A stretch of 64,000 bases of DNA from Octopus sinensis (lineage: Eukaryota), in assembly GCF_006345805.1 (NCBI RefSeq), contig NC_043024.1:5146001-5210000 (forward strand), in the 5' to 3' direction. The first letter of the stretch is position 1. The number at the start of each line of letters is the position of its first letter. The notes beneath the pieces are model-generated. The model saw nothing but the letters and a program-made list of their open reading frames with translations, was not told the DNA's origin and did no database searches. Both the position numbers and the translations under genes were made by a program. This document shows positions 10,967 to 24,808 of this stretch, one piece after another.

Positions 10967-11401
10967 TAATATCAAACACTTCCCCATTGTCCTTATGTGT
11001 TTTTTCTAAGTTAAAAAAAAAAAATGGCTTCCACCTCACCCCACCCCGTCTTTTGGACCCGTAAAAGGGTTTTGTAGCATATTAGGAGGTCAGGGTAGTT
11101 GATTCCATGCAAAAAATTTGACGTTTTGATTTTTTTCTTAGTGAAAATCATGCGGGAGTTAATATAGAAATTTACCATAATGTTATTTAGCCTCAAATGA
11201 AACCTGATACAGCAAACGTATCATCAAAGACATTCCAGCCTTCAGCAAACTGTCTTTTGAGGGATAATCTAGGACATTACGTACAATGGGCATGTGATTT
11301 AGATAGGGGTATACTTTGGCTGCTATTTTTAGCATGTCGAGCGACAAGGCAGAGGCTCTCTCATAGGTTCGATTACGTGATGAGATTTTTTAACACATAT
11401 A

Positions 11402-11810
11402 GGATCTTCTCGGTTTGAACGGCAGTTTTTTTAACATAATTTCTAGGTAAATAAAAAATTTTAAACTTCGAATACTGGTAGAATGTGTTTATAAAACATC
11501 TTTTTCTCTTGGCTTTATTGAGAAAATTCTATGGTTTGTAAGATACTTGTTTTTTCTTCAATTTCTGCAATTTGAACCAATCAATGACGTCCATTGAGGT
11601 AAAAAAAACATTCTGTGCCGTATGAATATGTCCCTCGTTTAAGAAACAGATTGGGTTTATTTACATTTGTGAAGAAAAAAAGATACCTTCCCCCAACCCC
11701 TGACCCTAAATAGATTGAAATACAATAGATCGATACTAGGCACATAATTACGTGTGACAATTTCATATGACACCGCTAGAAAAAAACTGCCGTTCAAACC
11801 GAAAAGATCC
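11402..11810. mobile_element. GGATC-TIR MITE (Merlin-like by inference)
   Basis: TIRs GGATCTT(C/T)TCGGTTTGAACGGCAGTTTTT at both ends; ~410 bp. Confidence 0.8.
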
Positions 11811-11983
11811 ACAAAAAAGATTAATTTCTGGATTTGCCTTTCAAAGGGTAAAGAACCGGCAAGGATAAGAAACCTATAGAATAAGTCCTGTGCTTACAAA
11901 GAATAATTCCTGCGGTAATCCAGCGTGGCCGCAGTCACATGACTGAAACGTGTAAAAGTACAGCAGCAATTATTTAAAGCCAA

Positions 11984-12261
11984 GAGTTAGTTCCCCTTGT
12001 TAAGGCATCGTAATTCCCTTTAAATGTTGCTCCTGTTTCTCACGCACCTTGATTGTTTGATCAGTTCCACTTGACAACTGATATTTAAGAGAAAATCCAA
12101 TCAAATATATACAAATGATTGGTAATTAACTGTCTAAACAAACAGATACAGCATTTACGATTATTAGAAACCTAGAAATTCTCTTGAAGCTGTCGTTGTC
12201 TACTCTGACTCCAGTTCTCACATCTTCCTCCTTCACTCTTTCTCTCCATATCTATTACTAT
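11984..12261 (+). promoter_or_regulatory. ZNF unit 2 promoter and exon 1, empty target site (AAGAG variant)
   Basis: AAGAGTTAGTTCCCC; CCAAT boxes; donor GTAAGT at 12262; acceptor at 13881. Confidence 0.6.
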
Positions 12262-14310
12262 GTAAGTATTTATTTAAACATTTCTATTATATATGTGTCG
12301 TATTATGTACATTATTTGTTTCGATGTGTTGAGAAAGTTAAAGAAAAAAAAATCTCACTAAGACGAAATTATACGAAAGGCTGTCATTTTAATACTTTCA
12401 TTGTGTTGTCGTTTTCTTTTAGACATTTCATTGCACTTTTGGTTATTTTCTAAATTATTTGTAAAAACGTCGGATCAATCCCTTGTTTAGATAACATTTA
12501 TCTTTCTTTCTAACGTGTAAATTCGACAATTTCGTTAAATGCGGGGAAGTTACGATGTAATTCGTAAGAAATGGGGAATGTATAAAAATACGAGTGTGCA
12601 CTTGAAATACTGAAACGAAAAGCAAATATCGTATCGAGTGGAAATGGGTCGGCTTTTATTTGAAACATAGGAAGTCTTTATTTCTGGTGGTTTTTCTACA
12701 TCATTAAAAGTTAGAATTAATATATTTTTCTAATTTATTTAATTTTTGTGTGTGTGGAGTGTTGCTTTAAGCACCTAATATAATCCCTCGTCACATATTT
12801 TTATTTGGGGGAATTTTCAGAATTTTTGCGTCCGAGAATTCGTTCGGTCATGCAACCAAAAAAAGAAAAAAATCAACTGTGATTTATGAGCTATTTAGCT
12901 GTTATTTTTCGCACATCTCACGACCAGTATGGTAATAATTCTCTGCTTAAGTTCCTCTGGGCTTGCAGGAAGAGGGGAGACATAGACTAGGCCCTCCCTG
13001 AGAAAGAAATGGCAACGTGGCGGCCATTTCAACAGCACATCGCCTTCTTCAGGACACGCCAAACACTTTGGAGGAATCTGGCTTTCATTCTCCACATCAA
13101 CCAATAATTTTTCCTACATTAAAATTTCCCCACTAAGGATTTTGATGCTGTTAGTGAGACATCAATATTATTTACTGATATTTATTCATCTTTTATGCTC
13201 AACAAAATATTAACGTTGAGCTAACCGCATATATATATATATATGTATTTGTATATATGGCTCCCATGCAGGTTGCATGTAAAAAGTACCATTCGAGCAT
13301 GATTGATGCTAGTGCTGCCTGACTTGCACCCATGCCGGTGGCACATACATAGTACCATTCAAGCATGGTCGATGCCAATGCTACCTGACTGGCTCCGTGG
13401 CACATAAAAGGCAACCGCTATACGCTCAAACAGCATCCAGCTGTAGAAATCTTGCCTGATAAGATTGAAACCTTGTTCAGCCTCATGGCTTGCCAGTCCT
13501 CAGTCAAACCTCACAAACCATGCCAGCGTGGAAAGCAGATGTTAAACGATGATGATGAAGGTAGAGAAAGAGCGATATCTATTTTAGCAAACAAAGATAC
13601 AAAACTGCAATGAAAACATCAGAAATCTAGTCATTTATATGTATATTGGTGTGTGGAAGTGTGTCTATGACAGACTTTATATTCCAGGAGTTGGTATTAT
13701 AATAGATGTGTCTACTCTGATATAAACATTTTTGTAATGCAGAAATGGGATAAATTTAATAGTTCAGATAAAGAATTACTTCTACAATTTATGAAAACAG
13801 AAATGTCGTAAATTTGCACTTTTTATTTTTCTGCTTTTTAATCATGCTTTACGTCTTATATTATTTTTTCTATTCTTTCAGAAAGTCACATGAAATTGGC
13901 TAAAAGGTATTTTTTACTTTTAAAGAATCATCAATATGTATCATGTTTGAAAGACTCTGCAAAGATATTCTACAAACGTATAATCCTGCTTCTAGAAAAC
14001 ATTGCTGAGTTAGAGTAAAATATTTCCTCTGAGAGAGAAAGCATTTCTTTACTTCTGTGTCTGAAATGTGCAAGAGATAATTTTCTCTTTTAAATATACT
14101 TTGATAGATTTCCAAAGAGTATTTGCGACATTTTTAAATATTGGCATTGATCATAATTAGAAGAAATATAAAAGAAGTGATATTTGTTTGGAATAAACTT
14201 TAAAAGCAAAAAGAAGCAAAATATCCATATATTTTGGTGAGAGGAGAAATAATATTGAAAAGTTGTTGATCTGTACAACTTGAAGGATTGATTTTATTTG
14301 TCTTGAAGAG

Positions 14311-15516
14311 ATGTCGGAAGAATTAAGAGAATCATCATATGACTGTGACATCTGCAAAGAGTCATTCTTAGAAGAAACTAAATTCAATCAACACAAACAA
14401 ATTCATGAAGGGGTAAAACCATATCACTGTAGTATCTGTGGTAAATCATTCTTAAATGGCAGTCACTTATCACGACACATACGTATTCATACAGGAGAGA
14501 AACCATATCCCTGTGATATCTGTCGTAAATCATTCTATCAAGAAGGTAACTTAACTACTCACAGACGGGTTCATGGAGGGGACAAACCATATCACTGTGA
14601 TATCTGTGGTAAATCATTCTATCAAAGTGGTAACTTAACTCAACACAAACGGGTTCATACAGGAGAGAAGCCATATTCCTGTGATATCTGTGGTAAATCA
14701 TTCTCTATTAGCAGTAGCTTAACTATACATAAACGTATTCATACAGGGGAGAAACCATATCACTGTGATATCTGTGGTAAATCATTCTCTCGTACTCATA
14801 GCTTAGATATTCACAAACATACCCATACAGGAGATAAAAACTACCACTGTGATATCTGTGGTAAATCATTCTCTAGTGACAGTAGCTTAACTACACACAA
14901 GCTAATTCATACAGGGGAGAAACCATATCACTGTGATATCTGTGGTAAATCATTTTCTACTAGCAGTCACTTAACTCGACACAAACGTATTCATATAGGT
15001 GAGAAACCATATCACTGTGATATCTGTGGTAAATCATTCTCTCAAAGCAGCAGCTTACCTAAACACAAGCGTATTCATACAGGGGAGAAACCATATAGCT
15101 GTGATATTTGTAGTAAATCATTCTCTCAGAACAGTGGCTTAACTCAACACAAACGTATTCATACAGGGGAGGAACCATATCAATGTGATATCTGTGGTAA
15201 ATCATTCTCTGAGAACAGTAGTTTAACTAAACACAAACGTATTCATACAGGGGAGAAACCATATACCTGTGATATCTGTGGTAAATCATTCTCTCATAGC
15301 GGTAGCTTATATAACCACATACGTATCCATACAGGAGAGAAACCATACTCCTGTGATATCTGTGGTACATCATTCTCTCATAGCAGTAGCTTAACTACTC
15401 ACAAATGGGTTCATACAGGAGAGAAACCATATACCTGTGATATCTGTGGTAAATCTTTCTCTCAACACAGTAGCTTAACTAAACACAAGCGTATTCATAC
15501 AGGGGCGGAACCATAA
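14311..15516 (+). CDS. C2H2 zinc-finger protein, 14 fingers, unit 2
   Basis: 401 aa of canonical repeats; AATAAA at 16480. Confidence 0.93.
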   Translation: MSEELRESSYDCDICKESFLEETKFNQHKQIHEGVKPYHCSICGKSFLNGSHLSRHIRIHTGEKPYPCDICRKSFYQEGNLTTHRRVHGGDKPYHCDICGKSFYQSGNLTQHKRVHTGEKPYSCDICGKSFSISSSLTIHKRIHTGEKPYHCDICGKSFSRTHSLDIHKHTHTGDKNYHCDICGKSFSSDSSLTTHKLIHTGEKPYHCDICGKSFSTSSHLTRHKRIHIGEKPYHCDICGKSFSQSSSLPKHKRIHTGEKPYSCDICSKSFSQNSGLTQHKRIHTGEEPYQCDICGKSFSENSSLTKHKRIHTGEKPYTCDICGKSFSHSGSLYNHIRIHTGEKPYSCDICGTSFSHSSSLTTHKWVHTGEKPYTCDICGKSFSQHSSLTKHKRIHTGAEP

Positions 15517-17599
15517 GCTTGTAATATCTGAGGTAAATCTTTCTCTCAGAACAGTGGCTTAACTCACGACAACCGTATTCATACAGGGTAGAAACCATAG
15601 CCCTGTGATATCTATGGTAAGATGTTCTCTGGAAACAGTCACTTAACTATACACAAATGCATTCACACTCAAGAAAAATCAATTCACAGTGATATCTCTG
15701 GCAAATCATTTACACAAAATCATTTCTGATTTAAACAAAAGTCTTTCCTTATGAAGTGGGTCCATAACACGGTGATATTTGTTGTATAACATTTCCTCAG
15801 AAGGACAAAGGACGTATCTCATAAAGACATCCACAGAATATAGAAACTATATGAATGTGACATCTATAGTAAATCTTTGATATGAAATCATCCATTATTG
15901 AATCAAAAGAGCATTGACAGAGGAAGGAAAACCTATCACTGTGATGTTAAACCTGAATCATTCTTTCAAAATGGTGAATTGTTTGTACACAGTCCTATTA
16001 ATATGAAAGATATAACTGTAACCTAAGCTATTTGTGCTAAATCAATCTATGAAAATGGATCAATTATTGAAATGTAAATGCATTCATACAGAAGAGGAAC
16101 CACGATGATGATGATCCTCATCATTTAAAATTCTCCTATTCATGCTTCTGTGGATCAGATGGAATTCATTGATGGCGATTTTCTACATCTGGGTACCTTT
16201 GTTGTGACCAATCCTCATCTGTTTCCAAGCAAGAAATATTTTCCCTGGTGAGACATATTTTACGCAGAGGACTGGAAATGAACAACTGCACAAGTATGAC
16301 GGTCATGATGGCCCTTTACGAACATCACATAATATTTGGACAAGGGTACATACACAGACACACACACTCACATAAACTATTGTATGTCTGAAGAATTTCT
16401 TATAGGAAATGTCTTACATGTTTTCTACACATGTAAAAGTTTTTGATTCCTGTTAGGAAATGAAACACATGTAATGCTGAATAAATAATATCAAACTTTT
16501 CTCCGGTTTCCTTGTGATTTGTAATTACCTTGCAAAAAATATTATCCAAACCTCCCACAAAAATAATGTACGTGTATATATGTAATCAGAAGCTTGTTTG
16601 TTCAACTTGTGTATTTACGTTAGTTAGAGTAGTGGGGTGAGGGGGAGGGAAAAGTAAAGGAAGGTGGTCTTATAATAATTCTGCTTGTCATTACGTTACT
16701 TAGGTCGTCAGTAACACTTTCATGTGATTGGAGAGAAAGGATAAGACCATGAGTGGGACGGGAAGAGAGAGAAGCGTGCATGACGTGATAGGTTGACATA
16801 TTTAGTGGAAGGTTGTGATATAGAGGAGAGTTAGGAATATAATTTTAGAAGGTGGGTGATGTTCTGATGGAGAGATTAAAGAAAGGTAGAGAGAGACAGA
16901 TGATGGTGGTGGTTGTGATGGTGAATACAAAGTGAAAAGTAATGTTTTTTTTTTCCTTGAACTGAGTTTTGTTACAACACCTACAAATTGAAATGTGTAT
17001 TGGCTCTCTGACCCATCACCTTGGCTTACAAGTTACCATTGATGTGGTTTTCAGAGTAAGCCATGTTACATTAAATTGTGACCCCTATATTTTACATATA
17101 AGGTAATTTTTTTAGTATACACTTCTCATGTTTTAGATAAGAAATTGTGCCCATGTAAATTTTAAAATGTAATTTTTTTCTGTTTATGAGAAAACTGGAA
17201 AAATATGAGCGAATATTTATTTTATGAGTTCTGTGTCTATAAAATTGTTCATAAAGTATATTAAGTAATTACCGTATTCCAATTTCCTTCAGTTTTCAGT
17301 GAGTAGCAAATGAGCGACTATCTTTTGATGCAGTCACAATACAGGCTCCACTTTAGAGTGTTTTGGTTTCAGGAATAATCCAATCCATTGCCTCACTAGA
17401 CACCGAGGCCATGACTAGTGACCGGGACCTTTTGTTTTTGGATAATGGATAAACAGCTAAAAGATAATACAAATATATATTTATAAAATTAAAGACTTAA
17501 ATCTGTACAAGATGCAAAAAGAAAAGAATTCAATTAAGAATGCATCTGGTGAAAGAATATTGGTTTAAAAAACATACAACATAAAAATGATAACAATGA

Positions 17600-18040
17600 A
17601 GACTATAAGGGAGATAGGGTGAATCCTTTCTTTTTGACAATGGTCGGGCATTGTCTTGTTGGAAGACTAATGCTTTTCTGTTGGTAATCTCCAGCCACAG
17701 TTCTTTGATATATTTTGGTTCAAATTAGCCAGTTGATGACAGAACACATCAGAATTAATGGTCTGGTTTTATGGGAGAAGGTCATAACAAACAATGCCTT
17801 TATGATCCCACTAAACACAAAGCACAGGTGTGTTGCCATGGATATTCATCTTTGGTTGCTTGGGGGATATTTCTGCAAACTCCAGGATCAGTTTTGCACA
17901 ACACTAAGCATGCAATCCATTTTTCATCTCCAGTCACAAGTCGTTTCCAAAAAAGGGCATGCTTTCTTTCCATTTCAAAAGCATATCCCAAACGGAATAC
18001 TGGTCGCAGCAATTCTTTTCTGAGAGTTTCAAGCACCCAT
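17600..18040 (-). mobile_element. Mariner transposase remnant
   Basis: LVTGDEKWI motif here; paralogue at 28760-28960 translates to MLCVWWDHKGFVYYDLL. Confidence 0.75.
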
Positions 18041-18684
18041 ATATTAAAGCAAAGAGTAAGATAGAAAGAGGGACAGAGAGAAGCGTACATGATATGTGAT
18101 AGGGGGAACATAATATTTATTACATGGTTAAAATAGTTAGTTGAAGTTGATGATATAGAGAAGTTAGCAATATAATTTTAGCAGAGTGGTGATGTTCTGA
18201 TGGTGAGATTTAAGGCACAGAGAGAGAGAGAGAGATGATGGTTGTGGTGGAGGAAATGGTGATGGACAGTGCATAGTGAAAAGTAATTTGTTTTTTAATT
18301 GAACTAAGTTTTTTTTTATATCACGTATTTGCAGAATCGTATGAATTTCCGTGTAAAATGTACAAAATCACAATACTTTGATATTTCACCCGGTTTTTTT
18401 ACTTGAACAAAACGACAGCTTCCAAATATTGTTTTCTAAATGGGTAAGAATGATTAAACTTTAAACCACAGTAACTTTAAAAACTTTTTGTGGAAGAAGC
18501 AAATTAACTGATGGAATTCAGCGTGGAAAATTATAGGGATACCTCAAATACTGAAATTTTCACTACACTCGATTATTTCCACAGGTGGCCGGAAAAAAGC
18601 TGGTGATAATAACAAGTATAGTGATGAAGCCGAATATTGAAGAAATCTCTTTTACAAAGTACCAAATCTATAAAGTAGAGCCGC

Positions 18685-18868
18685 GTGCGTGTGTGGAATA
18701 CGTCCCCGCTTTTGGCACTATTTTATAAGTATTACTACGCTGTGTCTAAAGTAATAGAGGTGAATGTAGTCCAGTTCGTGTAACATGGAAAAGTAAATAA
18801 ACACGTAAAAGAATAACTATGCTTCGTATTGAGTTGTCTATCCCATTAGAACGAAACTACACATAACA
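18685..18868 (+). mobile_element. Partial Gypsy LTR
   Basis: Matches the 3' part of LTR 32388-32608 and has the same right junction CATAACA|GTGATGAAGCC. Confidence 0.75.
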
Positions 18869-18949
18869 GTGATGAAGCCGAATATTGAAGAAATCTCTTT
18901 CACAAAATCCAAAATCTATTAAAGTAAAGCCGCAATTCTTTAAAGACTG

Positions 18950-19269
18950 GAGTTAGTTCCCGTTCTTCATCGTAAAAACTCTTCCTAATTAAGTGTATTT
19001 CTTGTTCTTGTTTCTCACGCACCTTCATTGTTTGATCAGTTCCACTTGACAACTGATATTTAAGAGAAAACCCAATCAAATATATACAAATAATTGGTAA
19101 TTAAGTGTCTAAACAAACAGATACAGCCTTTACGATTATGTGGACCTGAAAAATATTAATTAACGTTTGTTGTAGAAATCTAGAAATTCTGTTGAAGCTG
19201 TCGTTGTCCACTCTGACTCCAGTTCTCACATCTTCCTCCTTCACTCTTTTTCTCCATATCTATTACTAT
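18950..19269 (+). promoter_or_regulatory. ZNF unit 3 promoter and exon 1, empty target site
   Basis: GACTGGAGTTAGTTCCCGTT uninterrupted; donor at 19270; acceptor at 25471. Confidence 0.6.
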
Positions 19270-19804
19270 GTAAGTATTTATTTAAACATTTCTATTATAT
19301 ATGTGTCGTATTATGTATATTTATTTGTTTCGATGTGTTGAGAAAGTTAAAAAAAAAAATCTCACTAAGACGAAATTATACGAAAGGCTGTAATTTTAAT
19401 ACTTTTTAATACTTTTATTGTGTTGTCGTTTTCTTTTAGACATTTCATTGCACTTTTGGTTATTTTCTAAATTATTTGTAAAAACGTCGGATTAATCCCT
19501 TGTTTAGATAACATTTATCTTTCTTTCTGACGTGTAAATTCGATAATTTCGGTAAATGCGGGAAAATTACGATGTAATTCGTAAGAAATGGGGAATGTAT
19601 AAAAATACGAGTGTGCACTTAAAATACTGAAACGAAAAGCAAATATCGTATCGAGAGGAAATGGAACGGCTTTTATTTGAAACATAGGAAGTCTTTATTT
19701 CTGGCGGTTCTTCTACATCATTAAAAGTTAGAATTAATATATTTTTCTAATTTATTTAATTTTTGTGTGTGTGGAGTGTTGCTTTAAGCACCTAATATAA
19801 TCCC

Positions 19805-21735
19805 GGTTAATATAGGGCGTAACAAATATCAGAAAATCAAAAAAAAAATGTGTGTAATAGGTGTAAAACAACTTCCTATGAACGAATATGAAAAAAAAAA
19901 TTCGCGCACGCGAAAGGGGGGTGGGGGAGAGGCCTCGGAAAATTCACATCGGGAAGTTCCGAAAGCGTCTGAGGGGCTGACCCGGGCACCAAAACAAAAA
20001 AAAAATAGTGTAATATGTGTAAAACAACTTGCTCTAAACGAATATGAAAAAAAAAAATGCGCTCTCGAGAAAGAGGGGTGGGGGAGAGGCCTCGGAATAT
20101 TTATATCGGGAATTTCCGAAAGCGTCTGAACCGGGCACAAAAACAAAAACAAAAACAGCGTAATAGGTGTAAAACAACTTGCTCTAAACGACTATCATGA
20201 AAAAAATGCGCGCTCGCGAAAGGGGGGTGGGGGAGAGGCTTCGGAAATTTCACATCTTCAGTCCACGGCCTTTAAACTAAGAAAAAATAGTGTAATTGGT
20301 GTAAAACTACTTGTTCTAAACGAGTATCAAGAACACACACTCACACATGAATCATAAACTCCGTATTTCGCAAAAAAAAAATAATAAAGAGAAGAAATTC
20401 TGGAAAAAGTGAAGAAATGTTGGATCTCATTCCTTGGTTAAAGCTATTTTAAACATTAAATTTATGCTTTTCTTTGAAATAGTTCAGATATATGCAATTC
20501 TTCTCACTTATTAAGATGCATTTATCAGAAAAAAAGAGACAGAAAAAATTATTATTTTGTGTCAATCCTTCCCTAATTATCCTTTATTAATTAGTTTTGG
20601 CGTGTATTTTTTTCCCAAATTTATTCTTTCACCTTTACAACACTGTTTAGTAAAGCAATTAATTATCTTTATAATTTGCATATTTGACTTATTAATCAAA
20701 ATTCTCTAGATGTAATATATACTAAGTAATGCATCCTTCATTTATGTGTTCCGTTCTGTATTATGCATGCGTGACTGTTTGTATGTAAGTGTGTTTAACT
20801 GTGCACATGAATGTGAATATTAAAGAACATATTTATTTACTATGATTGTTATTTTCAGAACAAATAAATCTTTTGGCTGTTATGTTATTGATGTTATTAT
20901 TATTGCTAGTTAAAGGGTGGTGACTTGGCTGAATATTTTGAGTCTTGTAGTATGTAGTTGTGTTAGTCAATATTCTGAGTTCAAATCCAACTCATTTCTT
21001 TATCATCATTATCGATGGACCACTCAAAGAGGTATGTATACATTATCATTTTCGTAACATAATTTCTGTAGTATTTCAAGATGTTTCTGACACGTATTTT
21101 GATTCACATGGCGGAGATCCAACATTTCTTCACTTTTTCCAGAATTTCTTCTCTTTATTTTTTTTTTGCGAAATACGGAGTTTATGATTCATGTGTGAGT
21201 GTGTGTTCTTGATACTCGTTTAGAACAAGTAGTTTTACACCAATTACACTATTTTTTCTTAGTTTAAAGGCCGTGGACTGAAGATGTGAAATTTCCGAAG
21301 CCTCTCCCCCACCCCCCTTTCGCGAGCGCGCATTTTTTTCATGATAGTCGTTTAGAGCAAGTTGTTTTACACCTATTACGCTGTTTTTGTTTTTGTTTTT
21401 GTGCCCGGTTCAGACGCTTTCGGAAATTCCCGATATAAATATTCCGAGGCCTCTCCCCCACCCCTCTTTCGCGAGAGCGCATTTTTTTTTGTCATATTCG
21501 TTTAGAGCAAGTTGTTTTACACATATTACACTATTTTTTTTTTGTTTTGGTGCCCAGGTCAGCCCCTCAGACGCTTTCGGAACTTCCCGATGTGAATTTT
21601 CCGAGGAATCTCCCCCACCCCCCTTTCGCGTGCGCGAATTTTTTTTTTCATATTCGTTCATAGGAAGTTGTTTTACACCTATTACACACATTTTTTTTTT
21701 TGATTTTCTGATATTTGTTACGCCCTATATTAACC
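19805..21735. mobile_element. Foldback-type element with ~625-bp terminal inverted repeats
   Basis: 19805-20429 is the near-perfect reverse complement of 21114-21735; termini GGTTAATATAGGGCG / CGCCCTATATTAACC; three G-rich subrepeats per arm; absent from the paralogous introns. Confidence 0.85.
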
Positions 21736-22132
21736 ACCAAAAAAAGAAAAAAATTAACTGTGATTTATGAGTTATTTAGCTGTTATTTTTCGCACATCTC
21801 ACGACCAGTATGGTAATAATTCTCTGCTTAAGTTCCTCTGGGCTTGCAGGAAGAGGGGAGACATAGACTAGGCCCTCCCTGAGAAAGAAACGGCAAGGTG
21901 TCAGCTCAGGTGAACGTGGCGGCCATTTCAACAGCACATTGCCTTCTTCAGGACGCACCAAACTCTTTGGAGGAATCTGGCTTTCATTCTCCACATCAAC
22001 CAATAATTTTTCCTACGTTAAAATTTCCCCACTAAGGATTTTGATGCTGTTAGTGAGTCATCAATATTATTTACTGACATTTATTCATCTTTTATGCTCA
22101 CCAAAATATTAACGTTGTGCTAACCGTATATA

Positions 22133-24808
22133 TCATCATCATCATCATTTAGCGTCCGCTTTCCATGCTGGCATGGGTTGGACGGTTCAACTGGGGTCTC
22201 TGAAGCCAGAAGGCTGCATCAGGCCCAGTCTGATCTGGCAGTGTTTCTACGGCTGAATGCCCTTCCTAGCGCCAACCACTCCGTGAGTGTAGTGGGTGCT
22301 TTATACGTGCCACTGGCACGGGGGCCACTCGAGACTGGCAACGGTCACGAACGGATGGTGCTACGTGCCACCAGCACGGGGACCAGGCGGGGCTGGCAAC
22401 GGCCACGAACGGATGGTGCCTTTACATGCCACCAGCACAGAGGCCAGTCGGGGCGGCGCTGGCAACGTCCACGATCAGATGGTTTACGTGCCACCGGCAC
22501 GGGGACCAGGCGAGGCTGGCAACGGCCACGAACGGATGGTGCTATTGCGTGCCACCGGCACGGAGGCCAGTCGGGGCGGCGCTGGCAACGGCCACGATCG
22601 GATATTTCGCTTACTTGTCATCGGCAATGGTATCACAGCTGCAATTTCCATTGATGTTGATCGACTTCGATTTTGGTTCTACTTTCTGATATCTGATTTG
22701 ATTTGGTTTGATTTTTATTTTCACTTGCCTCAACGGGTCTTCACAAGTGGAGTTTTGTGTCCCAAGAAGGAAAGGTATGTATAAGTCAACTGTCTTCTCA
22801 CGCACAGCATACTTCCATAGGTCTTGGTCTCTAGTTATTTCCTTGGTGAGACCTAAAGTTCGAAGGTCGTGCTTCACCACCTCGTCCCAGGTTTTCCTGG
22901 GTCTACCTCTTCCACAGGTTCCCTCAACTGCTAAGGGTGTGGCACTTTCGCACACACCTATCTTCATCTATTCTCGCCACACGACCATACCAGCGCAAAC
23001 GTCTCTCTTGCACACCACAACTGATGCTTCTTTGGTCCAACTTTTCTCTCAAGGTACTTACACTCTGTTAATTATGAACACTGACATTACACATCCATCG
23101 GAGCATACTGGCTTCATTTCTAGTGAGCTTACGCATATCCTCAGCAGTCACACCCCATGCACTACCATGTAGCATGGCTGTACGTACACATGCATCATAC
23201 AGTCTGCCTTTTACTCTGAGCGAGAGGCCTTTTGTCACCAGCAGGGGTAAGAGCTCTCTAAACTTTGCCCAGGCTATTCTTACTCTAGCAGTTACACTTT
23301 CAGCACACCCACCCCCGCTACTGACTTGGTCACCTAGGTAGCGGAAGCTATCAAGTACTTCTGGTTTTTCTCCCTGGAACGTGGTGGAAGTTGGTCTCTG
23401 CACATTTTCAGTGTTTATTGCTCCTGAGCATCTGCCACAGACAAAAACTATTTTCCTAGTTAGCCTTCCTTTGACATTGCTGCACCTCTTATGTGTCCAT
23501 AGCTTACACTTGGTGCACCTTATAGAGTTTCTACCTACACCTTTTTTTACAGATCGAGCAGGGCCATCTACCTGAAGGCGTTTGTGATTGGTCTATCTTC
23601 CTACTTATTAGGACTTTGGTTTTGGCTAGGTTGATTCTAAGGCCCTTCGATTCTAAACCTTGCTTCCACACCTGAAACTTCTCCTCCAGTTCTGATAGTG
23701 ACTCAGCAAATAGAGCAAGGTCATCAGCATAGAGGAGCTCCCAGGGGCATCCTGTCTTAAATTCCTCCGTTATTGCCTGGAGGATTATGATAAATAGGAG
23801 GGGACTGAGGACTGAACCTTGGTGGACCCCAACCTCTACCCGGAGTTCTTCATTGTACTCGTTGCCAACCCTCACCTTACTTGCAGCGTCTCTGTACATG
23901 GCTCGCACAGCTCTCACTAACCATTCATCTATCCCTAGTTTCCTCATTGACCACCAGATAAGGGATCGGGGGACCCTGTCGAAGGCTTTCTCCATGTCAA
24001 CAAAAGCCAGGTACAGGGGCTTATCTTTGGCTAGGTATTTCTCCTGTAGCTGTCTTACCAGGAATATAGCATCACTAGTAATTTTCCCTGGCACGAACCC
24101 AAACTGCATCTCATCTAAACTAACCCTCTCTCTAATTAGTTGGGCTATAACCCTCTCCGTAACCTTCATTACATGATCCAGCAGCTTGATACCCCTGTAG
24201 TTATTTGTATCTAGGGCGTCACCTTTACCTTTGTAGTAGTTGACTATTATGCTGCTACACCAGTCATTGGGTATGACTCCTTCATGTATCACCTGGTTAA
24301 CTATACGGGTGACTAGGCTATAGCTGACACTACCAGATATTTTGAGCATCTCTGCAGTAATTCCTGATGGGCCTGGGGCTTTCCGTTTTCATGCTTGTAA
24401 TTGCCTTAACTACTAAGGAACTGTCAACTCGGATTGCTGGTCCCTCTGTTGGGTCGACATTCGGCAGACTCTCTTTATCCCATTCATTTTCCTCATTCAG
24501 CAACCTTTCATAGTGGCGTCTCCAAACCTCTCTCTTTGCATCCTCATTTAGCACAAGTGAACCGTCATCCTTGCGAACACATTTCTCTCCTGCCATGTCA
24601 CGATTTTCTCTCACACACTGTCTTGCAACACGAAATACCTCAAGTCTTTCATCCTCACGGCGCAGAACATTGGCAAATTTTTTCTTATCTGCTTCCCCTC
24701 TGGCTAAATACACCTGCCTCATAGCTCCCCTTCTGGCAGTCTGATACACTTCCCTGCTACCACCGTTCTTCCAGTCCTTCCAAGCCTGTTTCTTTTGTCT
24801 AATAGCCC
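22133..24808 (-). mobile_element. 5'-truncated RTE-clade LINE inserted in the intronic (TA)n
   Basis: Frameshifted ORF2 pieces at 24330-24808, 23531-24349, 23068-23403 and 22830-22967 (GRGRPRKTW); tandem-repeat 3' UTR ending (GAT)n. Confidence 0.9.
23531..24349 (-). pseudogene. RTE reverse transcriptase fragment
   Basis: NYRGIKLL, DMEKAFDRVPR, VHQGSVLSPLLF and YADD motifs. Confidence 0.9.
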
